Positions 27,859 through 37,247 of a stretch of 49,628 nt of DNA are shown here, one piece after another. Each line of letters opens with the position of its first letter. Position 1 is the stretch's first letter. This stretch comes from an uncultured Oscillospiraceae bacterium (GTDB lineage Bacteria > Bacillota > Clostridia > Oscillospirales > Oscillospiraceae): contig CALWWF010000147.1 of assembly GCA_944385165.1 (NCBI GenBank), positions 1-49,628 of the forward strand, written 5' to 3'. Made by a program: the position numbers and the translations under genes. The notes below the pieces were generated by a model. It was not told the origin of the DNA and did no database searches. It was given only the letters and a program-made list of their open reading frames with translations.

Positions 27859-28500
27859 TTAGGGATGATGCCGGAACTTGCCGGACAGCCTGCGGCCGCC
27901 GGGCCCGGGCTTATGGAGACCGCCGGAGCGGGAAGAGAACGGTTGTTTACCGCCCTTCGCCGGTTTAGACCGGGAGGGGGCATTCCGTTCCGGGCCGGGG
28001 GACTCCCGGTCAGAGCGGGCCCGTTTGGGCTTTGCCGGCTTTGCCTGCGCCGGCGGCGGGACCGCCCAGGGTTTTCTCTGCTTGCCTTCCCGCAGGTTTT
28101 TCTCGTGCTGCCGCTTCTCCTTTTGCCGCTGGAGGGTGCGGGCCGCTTTTTCCTTGAGCTGCTGGGCGGCGGGGCCGTACCGCTCCGGGTCCCGGGCGGC
28201 AAGCTTCTGCACCAGGGAGGAGGCCAGGCCCACGTCGGTCAGGGCCAGCATGGCGCAGCTCCCCCGGCCCAGGGCCAGACCCAGCTCCGCCTTGGAGAAG
28301 GGGATCTCCAGCCAGAGCACATTGCCAGCCTGGCCGAAATGGGCGGCCCGGCGGCTGGTGTTAGAGGCGGCGTCCCTGGCCAGCAGGACCAGTTTGGCCT
28401 GCTTGGAGCGGCAGGCGGAGCCCACCGGCTCCTCGCCGATCTCCAGCCGACCGGCCTTGCGGGCCAGACCCAGCAGATGGAGGATGGGGTCATTGGGCAT
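27859..28500 (-). CDS. ylxQ: L7Ae-family RNA-binding protein (YlxQ-like) with a long basic C-terminal tail
   Basis: [34 protein letters not shown]; lies between ylxR and infB. Confidence 0.85.
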   Translation of the reverse strand: MPNDPILHLLGLARKAGRLEIGEEPVGSACRSKQAKLVLLARDAASNTSRRAAHFGQAGNVLWLEIPFSKAELGLALGRGSCAMLALTDVGLASSLVQKLAARDPERYGPAAQQLKEKAARTLQRQKEKRQHEKNLREGKQRKPWAVPPPAQAKPAKPKRARSDRESPGPERNAPSRSKPAKGGKQPFSSRSGGLHKPGPGGRRLSGKFRHHP

Positions 28501-28768
28501 CCGAGGGCACCTCCTTCATCTGGGCTTCCAGCGCCTCCCAGACCTCGGGAGGGAGGGGGGCGGAGAAGGCCCGCTCCAGCGCTTTGGATTTCCTTGCCTT
28601 GGCCAGACAGGCCGGATCGGGACACACATAGGCCCCCCGGCCGGGCAGCTTGCCCCGAAAGTCCAGGGATACCTGGCCCTCGGGGGAGCGGACTACCCGA
28701 ATGAGTTCCCGTTTGGGTTTCATCTCCCGGCAGCCGACGCATTGGCGCATAGGTATTTTCTTGGGCAC
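28490..28768 (-). CDS. ylxR: YlxR / DUF448 protein
   Basis: KIPMRQCVGC..KRELIRVVR, GRGAYVC. Confidence 0.93.
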   Translation of the reverse strand: MPKKIPMRQCVGCREMKPKRELIRVVRSPEGQVSLDFRGKLPGRGAYVCPDPACLAKARKSKALERAFSAPLPPEVWEALEAQMKEVPSDAQ

Positions 28769-28789
28769 GTTTCCCACCACCCTTTTGGT

Positions 28790-28870
28790 TAGAGTTGAGA
28801 GTGAAGAGTGGAGAGTTGAGATAAGAGATTAGGAGATATCTTCACGCTCCACTCTCAACTCTTCACTCTA
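28790..28870. repeat. Inverted arrays of agagt(t/g)(g/a) heptamers between nusA and ylxR
   Basis: agagttg-agagtga-agagtgg-agagttg ... cttcacg-ctccact-ctcaact-cttcact. Confidence 0.8.
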
Positions 28871-28875
28871 TAAAA

Positions 28876-30090
28876 TTAAGTTTCTTCCGGAGCCTCAGCA
28901 TTTTCGTTCTCAGCAGGCGCTTCCACGGAGGCTTCCGCTTCGTCCATGGGAGCCTCGTCCGCGAACAGATCCTCCTCCGGCTCCTCAATGGGCTCCAGAG
29001 GAGCGGAGGCGGGCTTGATGTCGATCTTATAGCCGGTGAGCTTGGCGGCCAGGCGGGCGTTCTGGCCCTCCTTGCCGATGGCCAGGGACAGCTGGTCGTC
29101 AGGGACCACCACCCGGCAGCTCTTGCCGTCGGGCAGGGGCTCCACGCTGATCACGTCGGCGGGGGAGAGGGCGGCGGCGATGTACTCGGCGGGGTCGTCG
29201 GAGTACTTGATGATGTCCATCTTCTCGCCCTTAAGCTCCTCCACGATGGTGTTCACCCGCTGGCCCCGGGGGCCTACGCAGGCGCCGATGGGGTCCACAT
29301 TGGGATCGGCGGACCAGACGGCCAGTTTGGTGCGGGAGCCGGCCTCCCGGGCGATGGACTTGATTTCCACAGTACCGTCGAAAATCTCCGGCACCTCCAG
29401 CTCGAACAGCCGCTTCACCAATCCGGGGTGGGTGCGGGAGATGAGGACCTGGGGCCCCTTGGTGGCCTTGCGGACCTCCACCATATAGACCTTTAGCCGC
29501 TGGCCCTCTACATAGTGTTCCCCCTTCACCTGCTCGTTGGGGCCCAGATAGGCGTCGGTGAACTCGGAGCCGGAGCGGATGCGCAGGGTGACCGCCCCAT
29601 TGCGGGGGTCGATGCGGGTGACCTCGCCGGTGAGCAACTCATGTTCCTTGGAGGAGAACTCGTCGTACACCATGCCCTGCTCCGCCTCCCGGATGCCCTG
29701 GATGATTACCTGGCGGGCGGTCTGGGCGGCGATGCGGCCAAAGCTCTTGGGCTTGATCTCAATGCGCACCACGTCCCCCAGCTGGGCCCGGGGGAGGGCG
29801 GCCTGGGCCTCGGCCAGGCTGATTTCGGTGGCGGGGTTGTCGACCTCCTCCACCACGTCCTTCTTCAGGAACATGCGCACGGTGTTGGTCTCGGGGTTGG
29901 CCTCCACCACCAGGTTGTCGCCCACACCCTCATGGTCCCGGCGGTAGGCGGAGATGAGAGCCTGGGTGATTTTCTCCATCATGTAGCCGGGTTTGATTCC
30001 CTTCTCCTGCTCGATCTGGGCGATGGCGGCGAAAAACTCCGGCCCGTCCAGCTCGTTGTTGTTGACCTTCTTTGTCGTCTTCTTAGCCAC
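28876..30090 (-). CDS. nusA: Transcription termination factor NusA
   Basis: [58 protein letters not shown]. Confidence 0.98.
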   Translation of the reverse strand: MAKKTTKKVNNNELDGPEFFAAIAQIEQEKGIKPGYMMEKITQALISAYRRDHEGVGDNLVVEANPETNTVRMFLKKDVVEEVDNPATEISLAEAQAALPRAQLGDVVRIEIKPKSFGRIAAQTARQVIIQGIREAEQGMVYDEFSSKEHELLTGEVTRIDPRNGAVTLRIRSGSEFTDAYLGPNEQVKGEHYVEGQRLKVYMVEVRKATKGPQVLISRTHPGLVKRLFELEVPEIFDGTVEIKSIAREAGSRTKLAVWSADPNVDPIGACVGPRGQRVNTIVEELKGEKMDIIKYSDDPAEYIAAALSPADVISVEPLPDGKSCRVVVPDDQLSLAIGKEGQNARLAAKLTGYKIDIKPASAPLEPIEEPEEDLFADEAPMDEAEASVEAPAENENAEAPEET

Positions 30091-30113
30091 GAACGTCTCC
30101 TCCTAAAACTGCC

Positions 30114-30569
30114 TCAGAAGCGGGGATACAGCCGCACCTGGGCTACTTCTTGCTTGGAAAAGGACATGGGCGCGCCGCCCACATCCAGGGTCACGTCTCC
30201 GTCCTGCCAGGACTGGAGCAGGCCCACAAAATCCTTCCGGCCCTCCCGGGCGCGGTAGAGGCGCACCTCCACCTCCGCGCCCTGGAACTGGGCGAAGTGC
30301 TCCGGCTTTTTCAGCACCCGGTCCGCCCCGGCGGAGGACACCTCGAAGGTGTAGCTGCCCTCGATGGGGTCGGCCTCGTCCAGCTTGTCGGACAGGGGGC
30401 GGGAGACCGCCTCACAGTCGTCGATGGAGATGCCCCCCTCCTTGTCGATATACACCCGGAGGAACCACTCTCCGGCCTCTTTCACATACTCCACGTCCCA
30501 GAGGGTGCAGCCCGCCGCCTCCACATAGGGGAGGGCCAGCTGGGCCACGGTATCGGTCACCTTTGCCAT
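30114..30569 (-). CDS. rimP: Ribosome maturation factor RimP
   Basis: LRVYIDKEGGISIDDCEAVS, YTFEVSSAGADR. Confidence 0.96.
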   Translation of the reverse strand: MAKVTDTVAQLALPYVEAAGCTLWDVEYVKEAGEWFLRVYIDKEGGISIDDCEAVSRPLSDKLDEADPIEGSYTFEVSSAGADRVLKKPEHFAQFQGAEVEVRLYRAREGRKDFVGLLQSWQDGDVTLDVGGAPMSFSKQEVAQVRLYPRF

Positions 30570-30618
30570 AAAAGCCTCCTGTCGCGGACCCGTGCCGGGT
30601 CCGGCCCTTTAATCAAGG

Positions 30619-30646
30619 AAAAAGAGCGGAGCCGAAACCCCACTCT
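30619..30646 (-). promoter_or_regulatory. rimP leader: terminator-like attenuator hairpin in the 5' UTR
   Basis: Minus strand agagtggggtttcggctccgctct-tttt between the promoter and the rimP RBS. Confidence 0.65.
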
Positions 30647-30674
30647 AGCCAATACTACCATAATTTACTTTCTT

Positions 30675-30703
30675 ACTATACCATAGCCGGAAGCGGATTG
30701 CAA
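30675..30703 (-). promoter_or_regulatory. Sigma-A promoter of the rimP-nusA-infB operon
   Basis: TTGCAA-17 bp-TATAGT with TG extension. Confidence 0.75.
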
Positions 30704-30764
30704 GGGGTTTTCTCAGGTATTTTTCGGGGCCCGGGCAGGAATTTGTCTGCCCGGGCCCCGAGCA

Positions 30765-31472
30765 TCACGCGGCACTGGAGAGATAGTCAAAGGGGAGCCG
30801 GCACTGATAGGTCTGGGCCTGTCCGCCGCCTTCCAGCGTAAAGGAGAGAGACAGGGTGCCGGAGACGGGTGCATTGTCCGGGCCGTCAGAGTCCAGGGTA
30901 CCGGCGTGGAGGCTGTACCGGATGTCGGGGGTCCCGTTCTGCGCCTTCTGCCAGAAGCTGGCGTCCGCCTGGGTGAGGGAGTACCACCGCACCCCGTCTG
31001 CGGAGTGCCAGTCGGGGCCGGTCAATCCCGTGTTGATTCCGGGGGAGAGCTCCAGCTCCCACTGGGAGACGGAGAGCCGGGGGACCCAGGCCGGGGGCTC
31101 TTCCCCGTCCCAGGTGGTGAGCAGAAAAAATTCGATCTCCCAGGTGGCGTCGCCGTACTTTGGGACGTCCGTGGGGGAAATCGTACACACCGGCAGGAAT
31201 GCCTGGGCCTCAGAGGAGAGGCGGTTCGTGATTTCCACAGGTTCCCCAGTCCAGAGAAAGTCGTGGGAACTGGCCTGCTGCTCTACCTGCTGGGAGAGGG
31301 AGCGCAGGTGTGGGTCCCCGGCGTGATGCAGCGCGGCGTGGTCCAGGACCGTCCACTGGGTCTGACGGGAGAGGGCATACCAGGCCCCCAAAAGGCCCAG
31401 GAGGACCAGCAGGGCCCCGACCAGGAGAACCGTCAAATGCTTATGGGCGGAAAACTTGATTCTATCCATCAT
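30765..31472 (-). CDS. Hypothetical membrane-anchored exported protein
   Basis: Single N-terminal hydrophobic helix, then a soluble domain; RBS GAGG; no family recognised. Confidence 0.7.
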   Translation of the reverse strand: MMDRIKFSAHKHLTVLLVGALLVLLGLLGAWYALSRQTQWTVLDHAALHHAGDPHLRSLSQQVEQQASSHDFLWTGEPVEITNRLSSEAQAFLPVCTISPTDVPKYGDATWEIEFFLLTTWDGEEPPAWVPRLSVSQWELELSPGINTGLTGPDWHSADGVRWYSLTQADASFWQKAQNGTPDIRYSLHAGTLDSDGPDNAPVSGTLSLSFTLEGGGQAQTYQCRLPFDYLSSAA

Positions 31473-31615
31473 TGTCTACCTCATCGTTCCACTTTATACA
31501 TTTGTACCACGAAATAGATCATTGTCAATCAAAATCTTATTTACAAGAAAATAATTTGTTTTATAATAATGAGACAAAGTAGACGGCTTTACCGCCGGAG
31601 AGGAGAAGAGCGGAT

Positions 31616-32437
31616 ATGAGATTCGGCTGCTGCGTCAATTTGCTGCCGCCCCGGGAGGGGCCGGCGGGGTCCGGCTACGCCCGGGAGATCAAAGAGGCGG
31701 GTTATGACTACATCGAGCTCCCCTTAAGCCAGATCGCCCAGCTCGAAGAGGAGGAGTTTCAGCGGGTGCGGGAGCTGCTGGAGGAGCTGGACCTGCCCTG
31801 CCCCTGCTGCAACGCCTTCCTGCCCCCGTCCATCCGCGTCACCGGGGAGGACCACACCTCAGAGGGGGAGCAGGAGCGGTACTTGGTCCAGGCCTTCCGG
31901 CGGATGGAGGCCATGGGGGCCTCCTGCGCCGGGTTTGGCAGCCCCCAGTCCCGTACCTGTCCGGAGGGCTTCCCCATGGAGCGGGCGCTGGAACAGGTCA
32001 TAGACTTCCTGCGCCGGGCGGGCCGGATCGCCCAGGACTACGGGGTGACGGTGGCCATCGAGCACAACAACCGCGCAGAGACCAATCTGCTCAACCGCTA
32101 CGCCCAGGGGCTCTCTGCGGCCCGGGCGGTGGACCTGCCCAACGTGAAGATGCTGTGCGACTACTACCACCTGCGCTATGAGGGGGAGAGCCCCCAGGTG
32201 CTGCTGGAGGGCGGGCCGGAGTGGCTGGTCCACACCCACATCGCCACCCTGAAGGGGCGGGGCTACTTCACCAGCCTGGAGGGGGAGGAGCCCATGGTGT
32301 GGGACTATGCCCAGGTGCTGAAAAGGCTGGGCTATTCCGGCGGGGTCAGCATCGAGGCCCAGGTGGAGCGCCCGGCCCTCTGGCGGCGGGAGGCGGAGGA
32401 AAATCTGCGCGTGCTGCGGCAGGTTTTTTCCCGGTAA
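31616..32437 (+). CDS. Sugar phosphate isomerase/epimerase (xylose-isomerase-like TIM barrel)
   Basis: GYDYIEL, IEHNN, CDYYH, HTHI, GGVSIE metal-ligand pattern. Confidence 0.85.
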   Translation: MRFGCCVNLLPPREGPAGSGYAREIKEAGYDYIELPLSQIAQLEEEEFQRVRELLEELDLPCPCCNAFLPPSIRVTGEDHTSEGEQERYLVQAFRRMEAMGASCAGFGSPQSRTCPEGFPMERALEQVIDFLRRAGRIAQDYGVTVAIEHNNRAETNLLNRYAQGLSAARAVDLPNVKMLCDYYHLRYEGESPQVLLEGGPEWLVHTHIATLKGRGYFTSLEGEEPMVWDYAQVLKRLGYSGGVSIEAQVERPALWRREAEENLRVLRQVFSR

Positions 32438-32448
32438 GATTCTTCCAT

Positions 32449-32495
32449 AAAAGGGGGACCTTCTTCCGTATCTACGGAGAAAGGTCCCCTTTTTG
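32449..32495. terminator. Bidirectional terminator
   Basis: aaaaggggacctt...aaggtccccttttt between convergent genes. Confidence 0.85.
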
Positions 32496-32511
32496 TTGTC
32501 AGACAGCCGGA

Positions 32512-33882
32512 TCAGTGGTTCTGAAAATAGGTGCGGGTGGCTTGAATGACGGTGCCGGATAACAGCAGCAGGCCGATCAGGTTGGGGATCGCCATCATGC
32601 CGTTCAGCGTGTCGGAGATGTCCCACATCAGGGTGCCGGAACCTACCGCGCCCACGATGCACACCAGAACGAAGGCGATCTTGAAGATGGCGTTGGCGAT
32701 TTTGCTGTTGTGGGTGAGATACCCCCAGCACCGCTCGCCGTAATAGCTCCAGCCCAGGATGGTGGACAGGGCGAAGAACAGAAGGCTGATTTGCAGCACC
32801 GTGCCGCCGATGGTACCGGGAAGGATGGCGTTGAACGCCGCGGCCGCCGCAGCCCCGTTGGAGGCGAAGGAGGACAGGTCGTACTCCAGCACGCCGGAGA
32901 GCAGCACCGCCATGGAGGTGAGGGTGCAGATGATGATGGTGTCCACAAACACCTCAAAGATCCCCCACATGCCCTGCTCCACCGGTTCCTTGGTGTTGGA
33001 GGCCGCGTGAGCCATGGGGGCGGAGCCCAGGCCCGCCTCGTTGGAGAACACGCCCCGGGCAATGCCTTGGCGCATGGCCACCATAAAGGCATAGCCGAAT
33101 ACCCCGCCTCCCACGGCCTCCATATTGAAGGCCCCAGCGAAAATGGAGGCCAGAGCGGCAGGCACATGGTCGATGCGCAGAAGAATGACGGCCACGCCCG
33201 CCACGATGTAGAAGATGGCCATGAAGGGGACCAGGTAGGAGGCCACCTGGCCGATGCGCTTCACCCCGCCGATGACCACGACGGCGGTGAGAATGGCCAG
33301 GATGATGCCCGTGTACAGAGGGGGCAGGCCCACCAGGGACTCCATGGCCCCGGCGATCTCCGTGGACTGGGCGATGTTGCCGATGCCGAAGCAGGCAAAC
33401 CCGCCCAGCAGGGCGAACAGCACCGCCAGCCACTTCTGGCCCGTTCCCTTTTCGATGTAATACATGGGGCCGCCGTAGTGTGCGCCGGTCTCGTCCACCT
33501 GCCGGAACTTCACGGCTAAGACGATCTCGGCGTACTTGGTTATCATCCCGAAGAAGGCCGACACCCACATCCAGAACACGGCCCCCGGGCCGCCCACGAA
33601 GATGGCCCCGGTGACGCCGGCGATGTTGCCCGTGCCTACCGTGCCAGCCAGGGCGGTGGACACCGCCTGGAAGGGGGTGAGGTTCTGCTCATCGCCGTTT
33701 TTGGCGTCGGACTTCCGAAACAGGCTGCCCAGGGTGCTGCGCAGGATGAACCCGAACTTCCTGGCCTGGATGCAGCCGCAGCGGACGGTGAGATAGATCC
33801 CCGTCCCCACCAGCAGAAGCAGCATCACCGGGCCCCATACGATGCCGTTGATAAAGTCGTTGACCGCTAAGAGTTGCTCCAT
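32512..33882 (-). CDS. Alanine/glycine:cation symporter (AgcS family)
   Basis: TVGTGNIAGV, GGPGAVFWMW, GGPMYY, RGVFSNEAGLGSAP, MAIPNLIG. Confidence 0.94.
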   Translation of the reverse strand: MEQLLAVNDFINGIVWGPVMLLLLVGTGIYLTVRCGCIQARKFGFILRSTLGSLFRKSDAKNGDEQNLTPFQAVSTALAGTVGTGNIAGVTGAIFVGGPGAVFWMWVSAFFGMITKYAEIVLAVKFRQVDETGAHYGGPMYYIEKGTGQKWLAVLFALLGGFACFGIGNIAQSTEIAGAMESLVGLPPLYTGIILAILTAVVVIGGVKRIGQVASYLVPFMAIFYIVAGVAVILLRIDHVPAALASIFAGAFNMEAVGGGVFGYAFMVAMRQGIARGVFSNEAGLGSAPMAHAASNTKEPVEQGMWGIFEVFVDTIIICTLTSMAVLLSGVLEYDLSSFASNGAAAAAAFNAILPGTIGGTVLQISLLFFALSTILGWSYYGERCWGYLTHNSKIANAIFKIAFVLVCIVGAVGSGTLMWDISDTLNGMMAIPNLIGLLLLSGTVIQATRTYFQNH

Positions 33883-33989
33883 AGTACCTTCTCCTCTCTC
33901 CTTTTCCACTTTCCCGCTGCAAAAGGACATGCCGGGCGGTCCGGCCCGTCCGAAGCATCCCTCATTCTCTGCCGCGGAGGAATATGCCT

Positions 33990-34018
33990 ATTATAGGGGC
34001 TGGAGGAGAAAAAGGCAA
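33990..34018 (-). promoter_or_regulatory. Sigma-A promoter of the symporter gene
   Basis: TTGCCT-17 bp-TATAAT. Confidence 0.7.
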
Positions 34019-34040
34019 GAAAAATGGAAAAATACAGCCG

Positions 34041-34685
34041 TCATGAGGGAGCAAAGGACGCCTCTGGGGTTTGAAGAAGCTCCTCCAGCTCCTCCAGCAG
34101 CAGGTGGCAGTGATACCCGTCCGCCGCCGCGTGGTGCACCTGGAGGGTGAAGGGTAGGGTGACGCCGTTCCCCTGGGGCTGATATTTTCCCCACACGAAC
34201 ATCGGCCTTAGAAACATCAGGCTGGACTTGGGATGGAAGGACACGTCGGTATAGGAGAACCAGGGCACGCAGGAGAGAAGGATGGAGTTCTCCCGGCTGA
34301 CGGTGCGGGTCCCCTCCCGCTGGAAGCGGTCCAGATCCGCCGTCATAGCCCGGTAGAAGGCCGGAAAACATGGGTCGTACGCCGTGTTCAGACTGTCCAT
34401 ACAGTGATTTACCGGGTCCAGGACCGTGTACTCCGGGTGGACCAGGCCGTAATAGCCCACCTGCCCTTCCGGGCCGTAAGCCATCCGGAATTCCTTGTGC
34501 CGGTTGACGGCGGCCGTCACCGCCCAAACCAGGGCAGGATAGAGGCGCAGCTCCCGCTCCCGCAAAAAGCGGAGCAGGGGGCCGATGGACAGGGGAACCG
34601 TGAGGCTGTAGCTGCAATCCAAGTCCATGAAGTGCTCAAAGACCGCCCGGCGGGGCCAGGTATTCAGGTCGATGGGATGAAACAC
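34041..34685 (-). CDS. CatA-family (chloramphenicol) acetyltransferase
   Basis: W.RR..FEHF, VNRHKEFR, SCVPWFSY, GKY, catalytic HHAAADGYH; GTG start after AAGGAGG. Confidence 0.88.
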   Translation of the reverse strand: MFHPIDLNTWPRRAVFEHFMDLDCSYSLTVPLSIGPLLRFLRERELRLYPALVWAVTAAVNRHKEFRMAYGPEGQVGYYGLVHPEYTVLDPVNHCMDSLNTAYDPCFPAFYRAMTADLDRFQREGTRTVSRENSILLSCVPWFSYTDVSFHPKSSLMFLRPMFVWGKYQPQGNGVTLPFTLQVHHAAADGYHCHLLLEELEELLQTPEASFAPS

Positions 34686-34799
34686 AAAAACCGCCTCCTT
34701 ATTGGGACAGGGTACCATAAGGAGGCGGTTTCGTCAATTTAAAAACGGTTCGGCGGGGCCGGAACCATATCTCCACTCTCTATTCTTCACGCTTTACTC

Positions 34800-35381
34800 T
34801 CACCGTGCCCTCAGGGGCGGTCCGTCCAGCGGGATGACCCGGTCGGCCAGGGAGCGCACCAGTTCCTCGTGGCTGGACAGGAGCACGGGAGTCCCCAGTC
34901 CCTTCAGCGCGGCCATCAGCGCCTTGATCCGCTCCCCGTCCACCCCGGTGAAGGGCTCGTCCAGCAGATAGAGCTTCCCGCCCAGGGCCAGGGCCCGGGC
35001 CAGGGCCAGCCGCCGCTTCATTCCCCCGGACAGGGCGGAGGGGTACGCGCTTTTTTCCCCCTCCAGCCCCACCAGGGCCAGCCAGAGGCCGGCCTCCCCC
35101 CGGCGGGCCTTGGGGAGTACGTCCAGCAGGTGCTGTTCCGCCGTGCGCCAGGGGAACAGCCGGTTCTCCTGGAAGAGAACGGCGGTCTCCCGGGGGGAGA
35201 CGCCGTTGATGGAGCCGCTTTGCGGCTTCTCCAGCCCGGCGATACACCGCATCAAGGTGGTCTTCCCGCAGCCGGAGGGGCCGGAGAGGACGGTGATCCC
35301 CTCCTCCGGCACCGTGAGGGAGAAATGGTCCAGTACCCGCTTCTCCCCGTAGGAGAGGGTCAGGTCAGAAATTTGAATCAT
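34800..35381 (-). CDS. NitT/TauT-type ABC transporter ATPase
   Basis: [22 protein letters not shown]. Confidence 0.92.
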   Translation of the reverse strand: MIQISDLTLSYGEKRVLDHFSLTVPEEGITVLSGPSGCGKTTLMRCIAGLEKPQSGSINGVSPRETAVLFQENRLFPWRTAEQHLLDVLPKARRGEAGLWLALVGLEGEKSAYPSALSGGMKRRLALARALALGGKLYLLDEPFTGVDGERIKALMAALKGLGTPVLLSSHEELVRSLADRVIPLDGPPLRAR

Positions 35382-36160
35382 GGGGGATAGACGCCTCCCT
35401 TACGCTGAATGAGCCGGGACAGCCCCCGCTCCATCAGCAGGCTCAACAGAATGACCACCGCCGTCCAGGCGAACAGGTCCGCCGTCTCAAAGGCCTGCTT
35501 GGCCTGGTTGATTTCCGTACCGATGCCGGGCCGGGGGAGGCAGAGCACCTCGGCGGCCACCCCGGATTTCCAAGCCAGCCCCATGGCCGTGGTGACGGCG
35601 GAGAGAAGATAGGGGGTCAAGCTGGGCAGGTACACCAGGCGCACCGTCTTCCGGCGGGAAAACCGGTAGGCCCTTGCCAGCTCCAGCAGCTGAGGGTCGG
35701 TGGAGCGGATGCCCTGGGTCACATTTTCCCATACCACCGGCAATACCATCAGCCCGGAGATCACCGCCGGCACCTGGTTGCGCCCCGTCCACAGCAGCAC
35801 CAGCAGAATGAAGGAGGCCACAGGGGTGGCCCGGATGATGCGGATGACCGGGGCCAGCAGCCGCCGGCACCAGAAACTGGCGCAGGTGAGGCCCGCCAGG
35901 GCGCCGCCCAGAACCACCCCTGCCGCCATGCCAGCCCCAATGCGCAGCAGGGAGGTAAAGGCGGTCCCCCAGAACGCCGGCTCCTGGATCAGTCGGATCA
36001 GGGCCAAGAGCACCGTGAGCGGGTAGGGGAGAAGGAGCTCGTTGCCCCGCCCCTCCACATGGAGTTCCACCAGAAACGCCCCAAGCTGCCAAGCCCCCAG
36101 CCAAAAGGCTGGGGGCAGCAGAAGGTGGATGCACTTTTTCAGGACATTACTCCGCCCCAT
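35378..36160 (-). CDS. NitT/TauT-type ABC transporter permease (start uncertain)
   Basis: [13 protein letters not shown]-like [19 protein letters not shown]. Confidence 0.9.
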   Translation of the reverse strand: MGRSNVLKKCIHLLLPPAFWLGAWQLGAFLVELHVEGRGNELLLPYPLTVLLALIRLIQEPAFWGTAFTSLLRIGAGMAAGVVLGGALAGLTCASFWCRRLLAPVIRIIRATPVASFILLVLLWTGRNQVPAVISGLMVLPVVWENVTQGIRSTDPQLLELARAYRFSRRKTVRLVYLPSLTPYLLSAVTTAMGLAWKSGVAAEVLCLPRPGIGTEINQAKQAFETADLFAWTAVVILLSLLMERGLSRLIQRKGGVYPP

Positions 36161-37196
36161 AGTAGAAGGAGTTATAGGGGAGGGACCCGCCGATGGAGGA
36201 GGGGTCCGCGTCAAAGAGCACCTGGTAATAGCTCTCCAGCACGCTCTTCATCTCCTCCCCGGTGAGGCACACCAGGTTGCACTGGGGGATGGCCGCCTGG
36301 GCGATGGCGGCGTTGGCGGTGATGCCGTACTGGGCCACCAGCGCCGCCGCGTCCTCCAGGTTGTCCGGGTTAGACATATACTCGATGGAGTCCTCGTAGG
36401 CGGACAGGAATGCGTCGATGGTCTCGGGGTGCTCCTCCACATAGTCGGTGCGGGCCACGATGCTGCCCATGGCCAGCTCCCCGTCGCTTACCTGGGACCA
36501 CTCGTCAGACAGGGACAGGGCCTGCCGCACGTTGGCGTCCTGGATCATCAGGGCGGTGGCGGCGGGGACGGGGAGCATGCAGATGCCGTCCTCGGAGGAG
36601 ACCATCTGGGCGGTAACCTCCTGGGCAGTCATCCATTGGATGTCCACACTGGCGGGGTCCACGCCGTTTTCCGTGAGCAGGTAGTTGAGCACATACTCTG
36701 GGTTGGCCCCCTCGCCGGTGGCGTACACGGTCTTGCCCGCCAGGTCGGCCATAGACTGGACGGTATCCCCCTTCTCCAGAATGTACAGCACCCCCAGGGT
36801 GTTCACCGCCAGCACCTGGATGGCCCCGTCGCTCTGGTTGGCCAGGGTGGCGGCCACGTTGGTGGCCAGGGCGGCCACGTCCACATCCCCGTTGATGAGG
36901 GAGGAGGACACCACCTGATTGTCCGCCTCCACCGTGGCGCTCAGCAGGAAGTGGGCGTCCTCCGGCGGGTTTTCCACGCTGTAGTTGTCCATCAGATAGG
37001 CCGCGCCTACCCCCGTGGGGCCAGAGAGGACCATGAAGTCGATGGTCTCAGCGGGCGCGCTGTGAGAGGTGTCCCCAGAGGAAGCGGAGGAGGAGCTGGA
37101 AGCGCTGGAGCTGGAGCCGCCGTTGCCGCATCCGGCCAGGGCGGAGACCATCAGGGCCCCGCACAGGAGCAGAGACAGTTGCTTTTTCAAGTTCAT
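36147..37196 (-). CDS. ABC substrate-binding lipoprotein (NitT/TauT class)
   Basis: Lipobox LAGC, Ser-rich linker, LSGPTGVG, NTLGVLY. Confidence 0.88.
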   Translation of the reverse strand: MNLKKQLSLLLCGALMVSALAGCGNGGSSSSASSSSSASSGDTSHSAPAETIDFMVLSGPTGVGAAYLMDNYSVENPPEDAHFLLSATVEADNQVVSSSLINGDVDVAALATNVAATLANQSDGAIQVLAVNTLGVLYILEKGDTVQSMADLAGKTVYATGEGANPEYVLNYLLTENGVDPASVDIQWMTAQEVTAQMVSSEDGICMLPVPAATALMIQDANVRQALSLSDEWSQVSDGELAMGSIVARTDYVEEHPETIDAFLSAYEDSIEYMSNPDNLEDAAALVAQYGITANAAIAQAAIPQCNLVCLTGEEMKSVLESYYQVLFDADPSSIGGSLPYNSFYYGAE

Positions 37197-37247
37197 TTGA
37201 ATCTTCCTTTCCAAAGTGATTGATGAATGGATGAGAAGGGCGGTCCC

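Noticed and set aside
30725-30759. Perfect 14-bp GC stem after the hypothetical gene as an intrinsic terminator
   Set aside because: No U-tract follows in the direction of transcription; left as an unassigned hairpin
33883-33985. Glycine riboswitch or T-box upstream of the AgcS symporter
   Set aside because: Leader is only about 100 nt, and neither glycine aptamer motifs nor a T-box sequence could be found
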